DNA of 42,073 bases from a virus (IMGVR_UViG_3300025082_000016:1-42073); one strand, 5' to 3'. Shown: positions 1-10,240, counted from the first letter of the stretch. Made by a program: numbers and translations. The notes: generated by a model from the letters alone, not told the origin.

Positions 1-141
1 ACTAATCCCATCACCTGGCCTAGACGGTTCATCTTGTCTTGGATCCTACGCTGCCATAATTGAGCAGTAGTCTCTGGATCCAGTTCTATTGCCTGGCCAG
101 ATTCTTCTTTTTTAGAGCGGGGTTTTTTGGGGGGAGGCTGT
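1..141. repeat. Terminal direct repeat (copy 1); circularisation overlap
   Basis: 1-141 matches 41933-42073 except cc/tt at positions 7-8 and c/g at position 118; the reading frame is continuous across the join. Confidence 0.95.
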
Positions 142-3100
142 CTCTTGCTGACAGCAAAAACTATCTTTTTTCGGGTGCGAGGGGCTTTTCCCCAGTCGTT
201 CCTTTTTGCGTAGTCTTGGTAGATTTTGTCGATTTGCGGAGCGGTGTTATTAAGAAGCCCCTTGTAAACAGCGGATGATTCGGAGGAAGAAATGATTTCT
301 TTATAATTTTTGCCATTGTTATCTATTGCATCCTTTTTATTGGAGTATGTTAAACCAGTAATCGCCTTTGCTAAATCATACGAGCAATTTAAGCCTTCAA
401 TATTGTTACGCACAACCTTTTCTACTAGTTCATCGAATTCTATATTTGGAATGTTTTCACTTACATTGATGAAAGCATATCCATCTGGATTAGAGGTTAG
501 AAAAATGCCCTCTCTTTCTGCCTCCCCATATTTTTCTTCAATTGCATCAGCCATACCTACTGTTAAATCACTCATTTGATCTGGTGTTAACCTCACATCC
601 TCACCTGTCTTGGGATTATGAAATTTAAGTTGTCCTAAATTTGCGTCCCTTTTAACAGTTGTGGCTATAGGTTTATGCCACCCTACTCCCCACTGATGGG
701 TTAGAATCCCCCATAATGCACAATATTGATCAACTTGTTCCTGGACTACTTCTGATATTGGATCTGGTTTTACTTTTGGGGATGGTGCTTTAGCCACGGG
801 TGAAATGACGGTCAACTGTCTACCAGGTGAAACCTTTTCCAGCCAAGCACCCGGTTGATTAGCCTCACCTACCACCATAAGACCAACTGCTTGTGCTAAT
901 CTATCATGGCCGCTCTCATCTGTAATTACACGAACAATAGCGTTATGCATATTGTTCAGTTCTACTAAATCTTTTTTAGTGTCTATATTAGGGAAATAGT
1001 CCCCGATGCCTGGCAGTGTTTCCATTGTAATAATTTGCACTTCTTCGGCTATCAGATCTGCAAAGTCTACCGACTCAATCTGTGCATCTTTTAAATTTTT
1101 AACTGCTTTTAATATTTTGTTTCTATATCGGATCCTTGATGATTCATTTTTCCAATGGCCTGGGATCTTCTTTTTATCAACGGTTGCAGATTCAATGTAA
1201 TGTCCCTTTTCTATTGCTTCTGCTTTTATAGGTCCTTCAACTGTATTCCATTTAGATCTGATTGTAGTCCATATGGCTGCCTGAACTTGCCAAGGTTCCC
1301 AACCTAGTCTTTTTGCTGCTCTAGTTATTGCTTTAGAAACCCTATCATATTGTGATATGTTAGGTGCATCATTTTTAAATCCAAATGCTCTCATAATCCA
1401 TAGATCTACTGTAATACCTTGATGCATGCTTGGATCTATGTGTCGCATTAGATTTGTGTAAAAATTATTGGTCTTGATTCCTAGTGGTATTATCCCGTTC
1501 ATAATCATCTTGGCTTTAGGGACCATACTAGATGGAAATCTGCCTTCTGAAGGATCTTGGCCAGCCTTGCTCTGCTGATAATATCTTAATGCCTGGCGAA
1601 TGTTTGGTTTTATTCCTGTACCCTGACTAAACAATCCTATTAGCCCAGCTATCTTTTGAGCCTCATCCTGGTTATTATCGACTGCATCTAGGATAATATC
1701 GCTGCTTCTCTCATACCAATATTTCCCAGCCACACCTTCTCTGGCCATGTTCATCAACCTGGTAATAAGGCCGGTAAATTTCTGCGGTGAATTAATGCCT
1801 GGTGGTAATGCCTGATACTGACCTTTTTTAGTTCTAGGAAAATCCGGCTTCTTCTTCTTTTTCTTCCTGACCTGGAACTGCTTCTGTCCCTTCATCACAC
1901 CCTTCTTCATCTGGCCAGTGATTTGCATACCTGGTGGGTTTCGATGTGGGTAGCTGATGAAACTACCTCTCACAAAATCTATTGGCTTTACACTGGTCCC
2001 CCAGTTATTACGCTTGGCCATCTTATTTAGGATGTTCGGGATCACTTTATCATAAACCTTTTTCTGGAACCGACCACCAATTGAAAGATCACTACCTTTA
2101 ATAACACCGGTCCGGCTACCATCCCTGATCTGCTTGGCCATCGTCCTACCTAAAAGCCTATCCAAAGTAACTTCCACCCCATTAATTGTGGTTGATCCAT
2201 TTAGTGGGATAGACTGATTAAATACACTCTTCTTATCCTTGATTCCATTTATAATAACAGATTGCTTTCCTCTATCCATTTCTTGTACAGCTTTTTCAGC
2301 AGCTATACGACTATCTGGGTCAACATTTCTAGCAGTACTAGATATTATTTTTTCTTCAGGTGTAAGTTCTCTTTTGTCGGCAACAGACTTCTGCCATTGT
2401 ATTGTATCAAGGTTCTGCCTCAAGCTGTCTGACCAGCGTTCTATCTGTTGTGCTCCAGTAGTCCAGGTTATACTATCAAAATTGGCTTCAGCAGCATAGC
2501 GTAACATCCGTTTCATTACAAGTTCAATCCACCCAGTACCTTTGAATGGTGCATCAGGAACACCCAACTGGCCAATGGTAGCATTGGCTACTGCATTTTG
2601 AACATAGTCCTTTGCTTCCGCAAGATTTGGCCTAGTAATAATCCCCCTTCGCTGGCCTGATCTAGTAATTTCATTTGTTATGAACCGCTTTGAGGGGATT
2701 GATGTTTCTGTATCTTCCGTAATCTCATATATAAAGTTGGTGCCAGGGATTCTTGTGGTCCAAATCCCTGCACTAAAACCCTCTTCATCGCCCTCTTCCC
2801 ATACAAGTCTTTTGTTTACGGTGGTTTGGTCATACCCTCTTTCGGCTCCTCTCTGATGCCAATCAGACTGGACCTCTTCTATAAATAAAACTTTATTTCC
2901 CGCTGAATCCCATCTGGTATTAAATCTTACATGAGCCAGGATATTTGGTTCTTCCCAGTGTGGACTTTGATAATCCACCACCCGTTCATCTGCCTTGGCC
3001 CTAGCTAACTTATCCCGAACCTGTTCTTCTTCTTCAGTCAATTGATCATGCCAACCACCTTCCGTCTCACTATACTTTTCATTCATTTCTATTATGAATT

Positions 3101-6100
3101 TACTGTATTCTTCAGCAGCCGTTCCGGGACCAGTCCCCGGACCCGCTGCATTATCCAGTATTAGCAGTAATTCTCTGTAATCATCCCCACCCTCTTCCAC
3201 TTCTGATGTATACGATGGCTCTTGATATTTTATCTTGATATCGCCATATTCGTCCATCTCCTCTTCATTTAGAACGGAAAATCCTTGCTGGGGCTGGAGG
3301 AGATTTCCAGGGGTCCATTTCTCCCCATATTTTTTAGTCATTCTCTTGTCAAATTCTATCCACTCTGGTGTGGTCATGTAGTCATCTACCTTTTCAACAT
3401 CCACTACCTCAATCTTATTTGCCCTGATATGATCTAGTAATTTTTCCCGTGTTACCCTCTCTTTGGATAATAGTTTATCTAATGCCAACCACTTTATTTC
3501 TTCTGGCTTAACTTGATGTTTTTGGAGATAGTTAATTACAGATTGACCCTTCATCGTTGGGGGGAACTGTTCATCTACCACTTTCTCTGCCTGGGAGAAA
3601 AAGACCGGCTTCTTTTTAACCTGGTGCATGATCCTGGGATCTTCTTTTGTAGGCTTCTCATTGAACTGGGATTTTATTTGGTTAGGTTCAAAAACCCCAT
3701 AAGCTGTTTGTGCTTCACCTCCAAGAAAAAACTCAGATGTGATATATCCATCATACCCTAATCCTTTTAAATGTTTTATTAATGGTTTTGCTGCATCTTC
3801 ATTCTCTATCATTCTCCATAAATGATAAGTATCCTCACCGACAGAAATATCGACAGCTGGAAAATCAGGGGAAGCATATTCTTCCTCTAATTCTTTTTTA
3901 AGTTTGCTGGGCATTTTTTCCCCAGTCAAACCTTCAATTATTTTAAAAAAGAATGAGGATGATATCTCTTCATCAGCACTTAAAAGTCCTGAACCATCCA
4001 TGTTCTCTTCCCTCTCCTCTTCAGTTATATTATCAGGTAGGTATTGTAGGTCTAATGGCTTATCCATTCTTATATATGATGGAATAATCCTACTGCCCTC
4101 TGTTACTTCTACTCCTACACCACCCGCAAACTTTTCTGAAAGCATTGGATCCTGGGCAAACCAATTAATTATACCATCACCTTGTGGGGAAAACTCATCA
4201 AAATCTTCTTTAGCACTGGTCCCATGATAAACAACCATAGGTTGCCCCTTCTCATCCACTACCTTACTGTCACCGAACCAAGATTTAAACTCTTTAGACT
4301 TTGGCCTTACCTGTTGATTTAGATTCTTTTTATCAATCTTCCTCTGTGAGGGACTGATGTCCCGCATCCCAGCTGCCTTGTACATGTCCTGGATCTTCTT
4401 GGGGATCTTGGCCCCACGGATTGTCCGGATCCTGGCAATCATTTTCTTCAATGATTCCCTGGCATTATCAAATAATGCTCGGATACCGCCAGCTTCTTCA
4501 TGCAGCTTCTCACTAAAGAAGTAGTCTCTTCCTTCTTGACCAAAGTGTTCTTCTACTGACCTACCGTCATCGGATTTGTCATGGTATTCTTTGAAAGCCT
4601 TCTTGTCTTTTTCAGGCATGTATTCATAAAAATCGTGGTAGAATTCTTCAACCAGGGTATCAGCATCGTGTCCCTTAAATAACTTAATAGCCGTATTAAC
4701 CTGGCCATCGATATGATTCCAGGCTTCTGTATAACCAGTGATAATATAATCACCCTCTTCGCCTTCTTGGACTGTCAATCCTTCGGCTGCAAAGAATTCC
4801 TCTGGAGTTTTGTCTGTATTCTTTTCAATATACTCTTTTGTGACTTCTAGGATTCGGTTACTGATAGCTATGCTTGATCTTGAATCAAAGTCAGGATCCC
4901 GTTCAAGTATCTTCCTGGCTAACTTTGCAACACCAGGGGAAGTATCACCAGCTTCTTCGGCAGCATTGATCTCATCCAGAGCCTTAACTTGATTTACTCT
5001 TTGTTCTTCTGGATCAAGGGGTTCTTCTGCGGGAGCCTCTTCATCTGCTGCCGCTGCTGCGGCTTCTTCAGCTTTTGCATCTTTCTTTTGCTTCTTATAA
5101 TCCATTATCTGACCAGCTGCACCAGGAACAGAAAATGCTACCATTTCTGATGCTAACTGTTTAAAAAATTCTTCACTTGTATAATCAGGCAGATCTTCAC
5201 CGGTCCCGATCCCAGGTGTTGCCCTTCCAAGTTCAGACATACGCTCTTCAAACATTTCATTTAACACACCATGATAACCAGAGCGATCCAAAACCTTTCT
5301 AAATGCTGATGGGTCTGCACCAGGATTCTTCTGTAACCATCTTTTCAACAGGTAACTCCTGGACATAGCTTCCCTTGCTGGTTTCCCAAGTTCTTTAAAC
5401 AAACCACCCATTCTTTCTGATACCATTTCAATCCACTGTCCTTTGGTTGCATCTATAAATGCAGACATTGCCCCTTGACCTGGTCCAGTAATTGCTAACT
5501 TTTCTTCTCTTGTTAAAGTTATCCCCGGCAACATTCTTCTTTTTGTCTCCGCAGCAATTCTAGTTACTCCCGCAGGGAGGGTTTGTAATGTTGCACCTCC
5601 CACCGCTTGTACGCTTTTTGTAAGTATCTTTCCAGTGGCTGTTTTCTTCCCATAATCCCGAATTTTTTTATACCCACCTTTAGTAAGAAGGCCTGCCAGT
5701 ACTCGTTTAGCTACTTTTAATGTGGCATTTTTGCCAGCCGTATAAAAACCACCAGTAAAATATAACTCACCAGCAAATGCTGGTAGGTGCACAACCAGGT
5801 TTAGGGTATTGTACGCCCAGGTTTTATTAGACCTAGAGTATGCAACATATTCTTCTAATATTTTTAACTGTCGGGGTGTAGCTGTTTCGTTTTCCAAAGC
5901 AGCTGCTGCCACTGCCAATTCTGTAAGTTCAGCAACTTCTATTCCACTACTAACAAATGGGATTAATCGCTGCCACCCAGATCCTTCTTCCCATGGCGGT
6001 TTCTTAAAATCGCTGAGTAAATCAAAAACATCTAATGTGGGTGGTGGATGTGCCTTATCCCACTCCTCTTGTTCTTTTTTATCTCTTTTTGATTTTATCT

Positions 6101-7310
6101 TTGCTCTTATAACCTTAACCATGGATTTAACATCCATGTCACCTGCAGCTGCCATTTTTCTCAAGTCAGCATAGTATTCGGGATATGTTTCTATCAGTAG
6201 TTTTATATTGCTCTGGACAATTTCCTGGTTATCTACTCCCTTTTGATAAGTTTCTGCAGCATCCATAATTGTTTGGACTTGGGATTTCTCATCCTTTTGA
6301 TAGTCTGTGAGTTCTGCTTCATTTTTTGCGGCACTATCTGCTATAGCTTGGTCAATGAGGAAGTCGGGGAATATCGAACCAGAAGATGGATCCTGTTCCA
6401 TATAGTTAGGATCAAATGACTCTAACTCCTTGTCCCAACTAGCCCTATACGGGTACTCGTCAAGATCTCCATACTTTTTCAACCATCTTCTTATCCTTGT
6501 TTTTTCCTTTGTATTTCTTCTACCTAATGCTGCCCTTTCCTTTGGCCCAAGATCATCATCAGCTGCAATCTCCTCATCGAATTCTTCGGGGAAGATATGT
6601 TTCTCATTGTCTTGTGGTGGCGGCTGTTTGTCGTGTAAATCTCGGGAGGCTTGCAATGCTGCAGCGGCATTATCAAAAGATGGATATTTACCAAGTCCTT
6701 GCTCCAAGGCCACTCGCCAAGCCTCATCATTAGTAAGCTGCACACCTTCAACCATTGATGGAATAACATAATGTATCCCATCAGCTTCCACAGTTATTGT
6801 TCTTACATTGCTTACTGTGCCATCTTCATTTTGAACCGTAGGATGTTTTGTTGGGAATAGATTCTCATTGGATCGTTCTCCGAACCTATCGTAGCCTTTA
6901 GGTATTAGAACCTTGTCGGTGGCTTTGGGGGGTGGTGGGGTAGTGCCAGCCTTCATAACCTCTGGCCCTTTTCCTGGATTGCCGGCTATTGCATCACCAT
7001 ATGCCTTAACAACTTCGTGATCTTGACCATGGCCGGTATAAATTGAAGCGAACTTATATGGATCCCCACCAGCTTCTTTCCATATTCTATCAATAACATG
7101 TCTACTGGCCTGATCGCCAGATTGCAGATCTTTATATTTCGCAGTATAATATGTTACGCCATCCTGGCCTACGAATGATTCCCCTTTTGTAGCACCAAAG
7201 TTTTTAGATAAATCATCTGTCCAAATATGTAAACCCCACTGATTGTGCCGTTTTCCACGATCACTGTTGGCATTTTCGAATTGAAAGACTGTTTTGTATA
7301 CTGGAGGCAT
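1..7310 (-). CDS. N-terminal ~2,430 aa of a giant (~3,303 aa) polyvalent/internal virion (ejection) protein; continues across the junction into 39331-41932
   Basis: ATG at 7310 (MPPVYKTVFQFEN...) with an in-frame TGA just upstream. No stop-terminated long ORF is reported in this frame, consistent with it being open to base 1. At the window start it reads ...IQDKMNRLGQVM, the start of the 39331-41964 ORF. Motifs: FKSWFGDSKVVDEKGQPMVVYHGT (ART-PolyVal-like), LAHVRF...LFIEEVQSDWHQ, TVDLW...QVQAAIW (HhH-like), TLVEEFYH. Confidence 0.88.
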   Translation of the reverse strand, partial: MPPVYKTVFQFENANSDRGKRHNQWGLHIWTDDLSKNFGATKGESFVGQDGVTYYTAKYKDLQSGDQASRHVIDRIWKEAGGDPYKFASIYTGHGQDHEVVKAYGDAIAGNPGKGPEVMKAGTTPPPPKATDKVLIPKGYDRFGERSNENLFPTKHPTVQNEDGTVSNVRTITVEADGIHYVIPSMVEGVQLTNDEAWRVALEQGLGKYPSFDNAAAALQASRDLHDKQPPPQDNEKHIFPEEFDEEIAADDDLGPKERAALGRRNTKEKTRIRRWLKKYGDLDEYPYRASWDKELESFDPNYMEQDPSSGSIFPDFLIDQAIADSAAKNEAELTDYQKDEKSQVQTIMDAAETYQKGVDNQEIVQSNIKLLIETYPEYYADLRKMAAAGDMDVKSMVKVIRAKIKSKRDKKEQEEWDKAHPPPTLDVFDLLSDFKKPPWEEGSGWQRLIPFVSSGIEVAELTELAVAAAALENETATPRQLKILEEYVAYSRSNKTWAYNTLNLVVHLPAFAGELYFTGGFYTAGKNATLKVAKRVLAGLLTKGGYKKIRDYGKKTATGKILTKSVQAVGGATLQTLPAGVTRIAAETKRRMLPGITLTREEKLAITGPGQGAMSAFIDATKGQWIEMVSERMGGLFKELGKPAREAMSRSYLLKRWLQKNPGADPSAFRKVLDRSGYHGVLNEMFEERMSELGRATPGIGTGEDLPDYTSEEFFKQLASEMVAFSVPGAAGQIMDYKKQKKDAKAEEAAAAAADEEAPAEEPLDPEEQRVNQVKALDEINAAEEAGDTSPGVAKLARKILERDPDFDSRSSIAISNRILEVTKEYIEKNTDKTPEEFFAAEGLTVQEGEEGDYIITGYTEAWNHIDGQVNTAIKLFKGHDADTLVEEFYHDFYEYMPEKDKKAFKEYHDKSDDGRSVEEHFGQEGRDYFFSEKLHEEAGGIRALFDNARESLKKMIARIRTIRGAKIPKKIQDMYKAAGMRDISPSQRKIDKKNLNQQVRPKSKEFKSWFGDSKVVDEKGQPMVVYHGTSAKEDFDEFSPQGDGIINWFAQDPMLSEKFAGGVGVEVTEGSRIIPSYIRMDKPLDLQYLPDNITEEEREENMDGSGLLSADEEISSSFFFKIIEGLTGEKMPSKLKKELEEEYASPDFPAVDISVGEDTYHLWRMIENEDAAKPLIKHLKGLGYDGYITSEFFLGGEAQTAYGVFEPNQIKSQFNEKPTKEDPRIMHQVKKKPVFFSQAEKVVDEQFPPTMKGQSVINYLQKHQVKPEEIKWLALDKLLSKERVTREKLLDHIRANKIEVVDVEKVDDYMTTPEWIEFDKRMTKKYGEKWTPGNLLQPQQGFSVLNEEEMDEYGDIKIKYQEPSYTSEVEEGGDDYRELLLILDNAAGPGTGPGTAAEEYSKFIIEMNEKYSETEGGWHDQLTEEEEQVRDKLARAKADERVVDYQSPHWEEPNILAHVRFNTRWDSAGNKVLFIEEVQSDWHQRGAERGYDQTTVNKRLVWEEGDEEGFSAGIWTTRIPGTNFIYEITEDTETSIPSKRFITNEITRSGQRRGIITRPNLAEAKDYVQNAVANATIGQLGVPDAPFKGTGWIELVMKRMLRYAAEANFDSITWTTGAQQIERWSDSLRQNLDTIQWQKSVADKRELTPEEKIISSTARNVDPDSRIAAEKAVQEMDRGKQSVIINGIKDKKSVFNQSIPLNGSTTINGVEVTLDRLLGRTMAKQIRDGSRTGVIKGSDLSIGGRFQKKVYDKVIPNILNKMAKRNNWGTSVKPIDFVRGSFISYPHRNPPGMQITGQMKKGVMKGQKQFQVRKKKKKKPDFPRTKKGQYQALPPGINSPQKFTGLITRLMNMAREGVAGKYWYERSSDIILDAVDNNQDEAQKIAGLIGLFSQGTGIKPNIRQALRYYQQSKAGQDPSEGRFPSSMVPKAKMIMNGIIPLGIKTNNFYTNLMRHIDPSMHQGITVDLWIMRAFGFKNDAPNISQYDRVSKAITRAAKRLGWEPWQVQAAIWTTIRSKWNTVEGPIKAEAIEKGHYIESATVDKKKIPGHWKNESSRIRYRNKILKAVKNLKDAQIESVDFADLIAEEVQIITMETLPGIGDYFPNIDTKKDLVELNNMHNAIVRVITDESGHDRLAQAVGLMVVGEANQPGAWLEKVSPGRQLTVISPVAKAPSPKVKPDPISEVVQEQVDQYCALWGILTHQWGVGWHKPIATTVKRDANLGQLKFHNPKTGEDVRLTPDQMSDLTVGMADAIEEKYGEAEREGIFLTSNPDGYAFINVSENIPNIEFDELVEKVVRNNIEGLNCSYDLAKAITGLTYSNKKDAIDNNGKNYKEIISSSESSAVYKGLLNNTAPQIDKIYQDYAKRNDWGKAPRTRKKIVFAVSKRQPPPKKPRSKKEESGQAIELDPETTAQLWQRRIQDKMNRLGQVMGL

Positions 7311-7381
7311 TTTTTTTCATTTCTCGAAAATTCGGCTTCGTATTTGGTGCCTAGAAGGCCGTATCTCTATGTCAAGCATAC

Positions 7382-9607
7382 CTAACCCTCATCATCTGCT
7401 CGTCCCGCAGCACCACCCCACTGTACCTTGTCTTGATCAATAAAGGCGGGTACCGGTATTGTACCAGTCGTATCCCTAGCCCATGCACGCAAAGCAGCCC
7501 GCTGCTGTCCTGAAACTTTGTTTTTTCTTCTGTATTCCTGGTACCACCTAGTTCTTTTGTGCTGTCCCCAATTCTTCATAGGTACTCCGGTAGAACTTTC
7601 CGAGTTTGGATCGGCATTGGTATTTTTATTGTATATAGCATCAGTACTGGTTGTATTCCCATCCAACAATTCATTCGCAAGATCCTCCCAAGCCTGCTCC
7701 TCCTCCGGTGTCATCACTCCCCCATCATTCTCTACTTCCACCTTATTAAAGTTTACAGTCGGATCCACATAGTCTCTGGACCATGGAAGGTGTGCGGGTA
7801 TTTTGGAGCCGGTTGGGGAGACGTTGGGATTCAAGTTTGGATCTGTATCTTCTTTCTTTTTTGGTGGTTCAGTTCCAGCCTTTTTAATAGTCTGGTTGTT
7901 GTTGTTGTTGTTGGCTGGTGGTGGCTGGTTGTTGTTGGCTGGTGGTGGCTGGTTGTTGTTGACTGGTGGTGGTGATCCATCTGCATAATATTCTTCCCAA
8001 GAGGCTCCTGTTAATGATTCCATCCCTAATTCGTAACGTATGTCTTGAATCCGTTTAAATGCTCTTTCAGCACTATTTTCACTAGCCTTATTCACATTTA
8101 TATAATATTCTTCCCATTCCGTTGGTGCACCATCTGGCATAACTTTTAATCCACTATGCCGCCTTAAATCATCTTCAAGGGCATACATCTCTTCTTGTAA
8201 TTCTTTCGTTTTTCTGCGACTAGATTTACCGCCACCGTAAATTGCCTCTGCGATTTGCATTTCTTCATCAACCTTACGTTTTAAATAATTTGGCAGTCTA
8301 TCATAAGCTGATAAATTTTTCTTTGGGTTTATTTTTGATTGGGCAAGGTCAGCCACAGGTGTGGGTGAAGGCGGTTCCGGTGGGGGTACCGCATCCGCAT
8401 ACTGTGGAAAATAGTTTTCATTCCCAATCTTTGCTTTTGGTGTTGTGGATAATCCAGTAAATGGATCTATGTCTTCACCTCTACCTCCTATTTTACTTTT
8501 CGCCAACCATTGAGCAAAATTGGATTTACCTTTTGGAACACCAGACATAGTATCAACCACTTTGGCCTTTTGCCTTTGCTCCCAAGTTGGATCAAAGATA
8601 TCAACATTATTACTAACAACTTCTTTCTTTGCTTTCTTTGCTTTCTTTATTCCGGGATCGTTGGCCTGGGCGAATTGAGCAGCATATGGTGTTCCCATAC
8701 CGCCAGAATATTCATCCGGCTTTGTCGCCATAACATCAGAAAGTTTATCATATCCAGGAACGGGTGGGACGGACACCTCACCTGTAATTCCTTGTAATAC
8801 TTTACTATATAGATTTCCTTTACCTTCCTGTTTGGCCCGCATCTGTTTTCGATACGCTTCCTCCCGTCTTTGGCCAGCTTTAATATCTTGTTTTGATTTC
8901 CAATCCGTAACTCCCTTTTTAATACCAGCAAAGAATTTCTTTACCCTTTTTGATTCGGCCTCTGCTGCCTCTATCTTCTTGATATTTTGAGTCAATTGAG
9001 AAGATCCCACCTGGTCCATGGTTGAATCTGCAAATTCATAATCTCTGGCATGTTGATTTATCTTTTCTCTTGGGGTCTGCCCAGATACACCAGACATAGT
9101 GTCAGGGATAGCTGCCTTCCTTTGTGATTTACCAATCAATCTCCTCTTTTCAGCACCGGCTTCACCTCCCCAGCCTGTAGTTCCAGGGACATTAGACATG
9201 ATATCAAGGATAGCTGCCTTCCTTTGTGATTCACCAATCCGTCTCCCCTTTTCAGCACCGGCTTCACCTCCCCAGCCTGTAGTTCCAGGGACATTAGACA
9301 TAGTATCAGCCGGGGTTACCTTGGATACACCCGGTACACCAGCCATAGGGTCTGGCTGGACTCTTTTTATCATTGCTGCTTTTTTTGCTTCCCTCTCTTT
9401 GGCAGTTGCTTCAAGTTTTCTGAACCGTTGCCATACATATCGTGCTTCCTTGGAATCTGATTCACCCTTGTCTTTCAGGTCCTCCAAAATATTAAGATAC
9501 AGTTGCGGGTTTTTATGCTGGGTCGGCACCCCGCCATCAACTGATAACCCCGTTATTACTCCAGAGTCAGAAACTTGAAACTTATATGGTTTTACCACTT
9601 TCTGCAT
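7382..9607 (-). CDS. Putative internal virion/ejection protein, low-complexity, with tandem repeats
   Basis: 741-aa ORF with GGAG RBS, located between the tail genes and the giant protein; 34-aa repeats and PPPANNNQ repeats. Confidence 0.6.
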   Translation of the reverse strand: MQKVVKPYKFQVSDSGVITGLSVDGGVPTQHKNPQLYLNILEDLKDKGESDSKEARYVWQRFRKLEATAKEREAKKAAMIKRVQPDPMAGVPGVSKVTPADTMSNVPGTTGWGGEAGAEKGRRIGESQRKAAILDIMSNVPGTTGWGGEAGAEKRRLIGKSQRKAAIPDTMSGVSGQTPREKINQHARDYEFADSTMDQVGSSQLTQNIKKIEAAEAESKRVKKFFAGIKKGVTDWKSKQDIKAGQRREEAYRKQMRAKQEGKGNLYSKVLQGITGEVSVPPVPGYDKLSDVMATKPDEYSGGMGTPYAAQFAQANDPGIKKAKKAKKEVVSNNVDIFDPTWEQRQKAKVVDTMSGVPKGKSNFAQWLAKSKIGGRGEDIDPFTGLSTTPKAKIGNENYFPQYADAVPPPEPPSPTPVADLAQSKINPKKNLSAYDRLPNYLKRKVDEEMQIAEAIYGGGKSSRRKTKELQEEMYALEDDLRRHSGLKVMPDGAPTEWEEYYINVNKASENSAERAFKRIQDIRYELGMESLTGASWEEYYADGSPPPVNNNQPPPANNNQPPPANNNNNNQTIKKAGTEPPKKKEDTDPNLNPNVSPTGSKIPAHLPWSRDYVDPTVNFNKVEVENDGGVMTPEEEQAWEDLANELLDGNTTSTDAIYNKNTNADPNSESSTGVPMKNWGQHKRTRWYQEYRRKNKVSGQQRAALRAWARDTTGTIPVPAFIDQDKVQWGGAAGRADDEG
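7896..7973 (-). repeat. Coding tandem repeat PPP(A/V)NNNQ x3 plus Asn run
   Basis: 24-bp period ggttgttgttg(g/a)ctggtggtggct. Confidence 0.85.
9092..9305 (-). repeat. 102-bp (34-aa) near-perfect coding duplication
   Basis: MSNVPGTTGWGGEAGAEK.R.IG.SQRKAAI occurs twice, with partial D(T)MSGV copies nearby. Confidence 0.9.
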
Positions 9608-9616
9608 TTTACACTC

Positions 9617-10234
9617 CTAACTGAAACTCTGGATGATTTTTCGTTTCTCCTCCGGATCCAAATCATCCCACCACGGGGCGTTCTCGTATTCTTCCAGTTT
9701 AGATTTGTTGGTCAAACCGGTTAGGTAGTCATTTCCAAGTCCAGAAATTGTACTCAATATATTATCAAGGCCAGAGTAATGGTTTAATGCTTCGCTATAA
9801 TTTTGGTTTGTTTGTTTTATACCATAAGAACCCAATTCTTTTTCTGCTTGCTCTTGTATTCTCAAATTTTCAGCCGCAACATTTCTAGCGGTGGTTGCCA
9901 CCTGGGCTGATCCCGCAAGATCAACATCCTTCAATTGCTCGGCCATCACAGAAGAATCTTCAAGACCTTGGACAGCAGAAGTACCCATAACATTGGCTTT
10001 GGATATATCGGTTTCGACACCAACGGATCGAGTAGTCTGCCCCATCATTAGATTTACCTGGGATGGATCCATTCCACGTTCAGCCCTTAATTTTAGCTGC
10101 TTCAAATAATTCCTTTCCATTTTAGACATAGACCCACTTCTAGATGGTCCACCTCCGGTCAACCAATCCCAGCCTTGCTTTATCATAGGTGCATATTTCA
10201 TTGCCCTTGCTCCTGCAGCTATTAATGGTCCCAT
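9617..10234 (-). CDS. Putative small ejection protein
   Basis: 205 aa with a Gly/Ala-rich N-terminus and Gln/Ala helical body; GGAGG RBS; first of three increasingly large genes after the tail genes, as in podoviruses. Confidence 0.55.
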   Translation of the reverse strand: MGPLIAAGARAMKYAPMIKQGWDWLTGGGPSRSGSMSKMERNYLKQLKLRAERGMDPSQVNLMMGQTTRSVGVETDISKANVMGTSAVQGLEDSSVMAEQLKDVDLAGSAQVATTARNVAAENLRIQEQAEKELGSYGIKQTNQNYSEALNHYSGLDNILSTISGLGNDYLTGLTNKSKLEEYENAPWWDDLDPEEKRKIIQSFS

Positions 10235-10240
10235 TGCTTT

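Noticed and set aside
4625-4665. Active zincin metallopeptidase in the giant protein
   Set aside because: The motif reads EEFYH rather than HExxH; at most a degenerate MPTase-like domain, so activity cannot be claimed.
7347-7375. TTGACA on the minus strand upstream of the giant gene
   Set aside because: No credible -10 element at 16-18 bp spacing.
7311-7384. TAG read-through or a frameshift at the A8 tract fusing the 741-aa gene to the giant gene
   Set aside because: Two in-frame TAGs precede the A-tract, and TAG is clearly used as a true stop elsewhere (e.g. 9617 and 18658, each followed directly by the next RBS), so there is no support for recoding.
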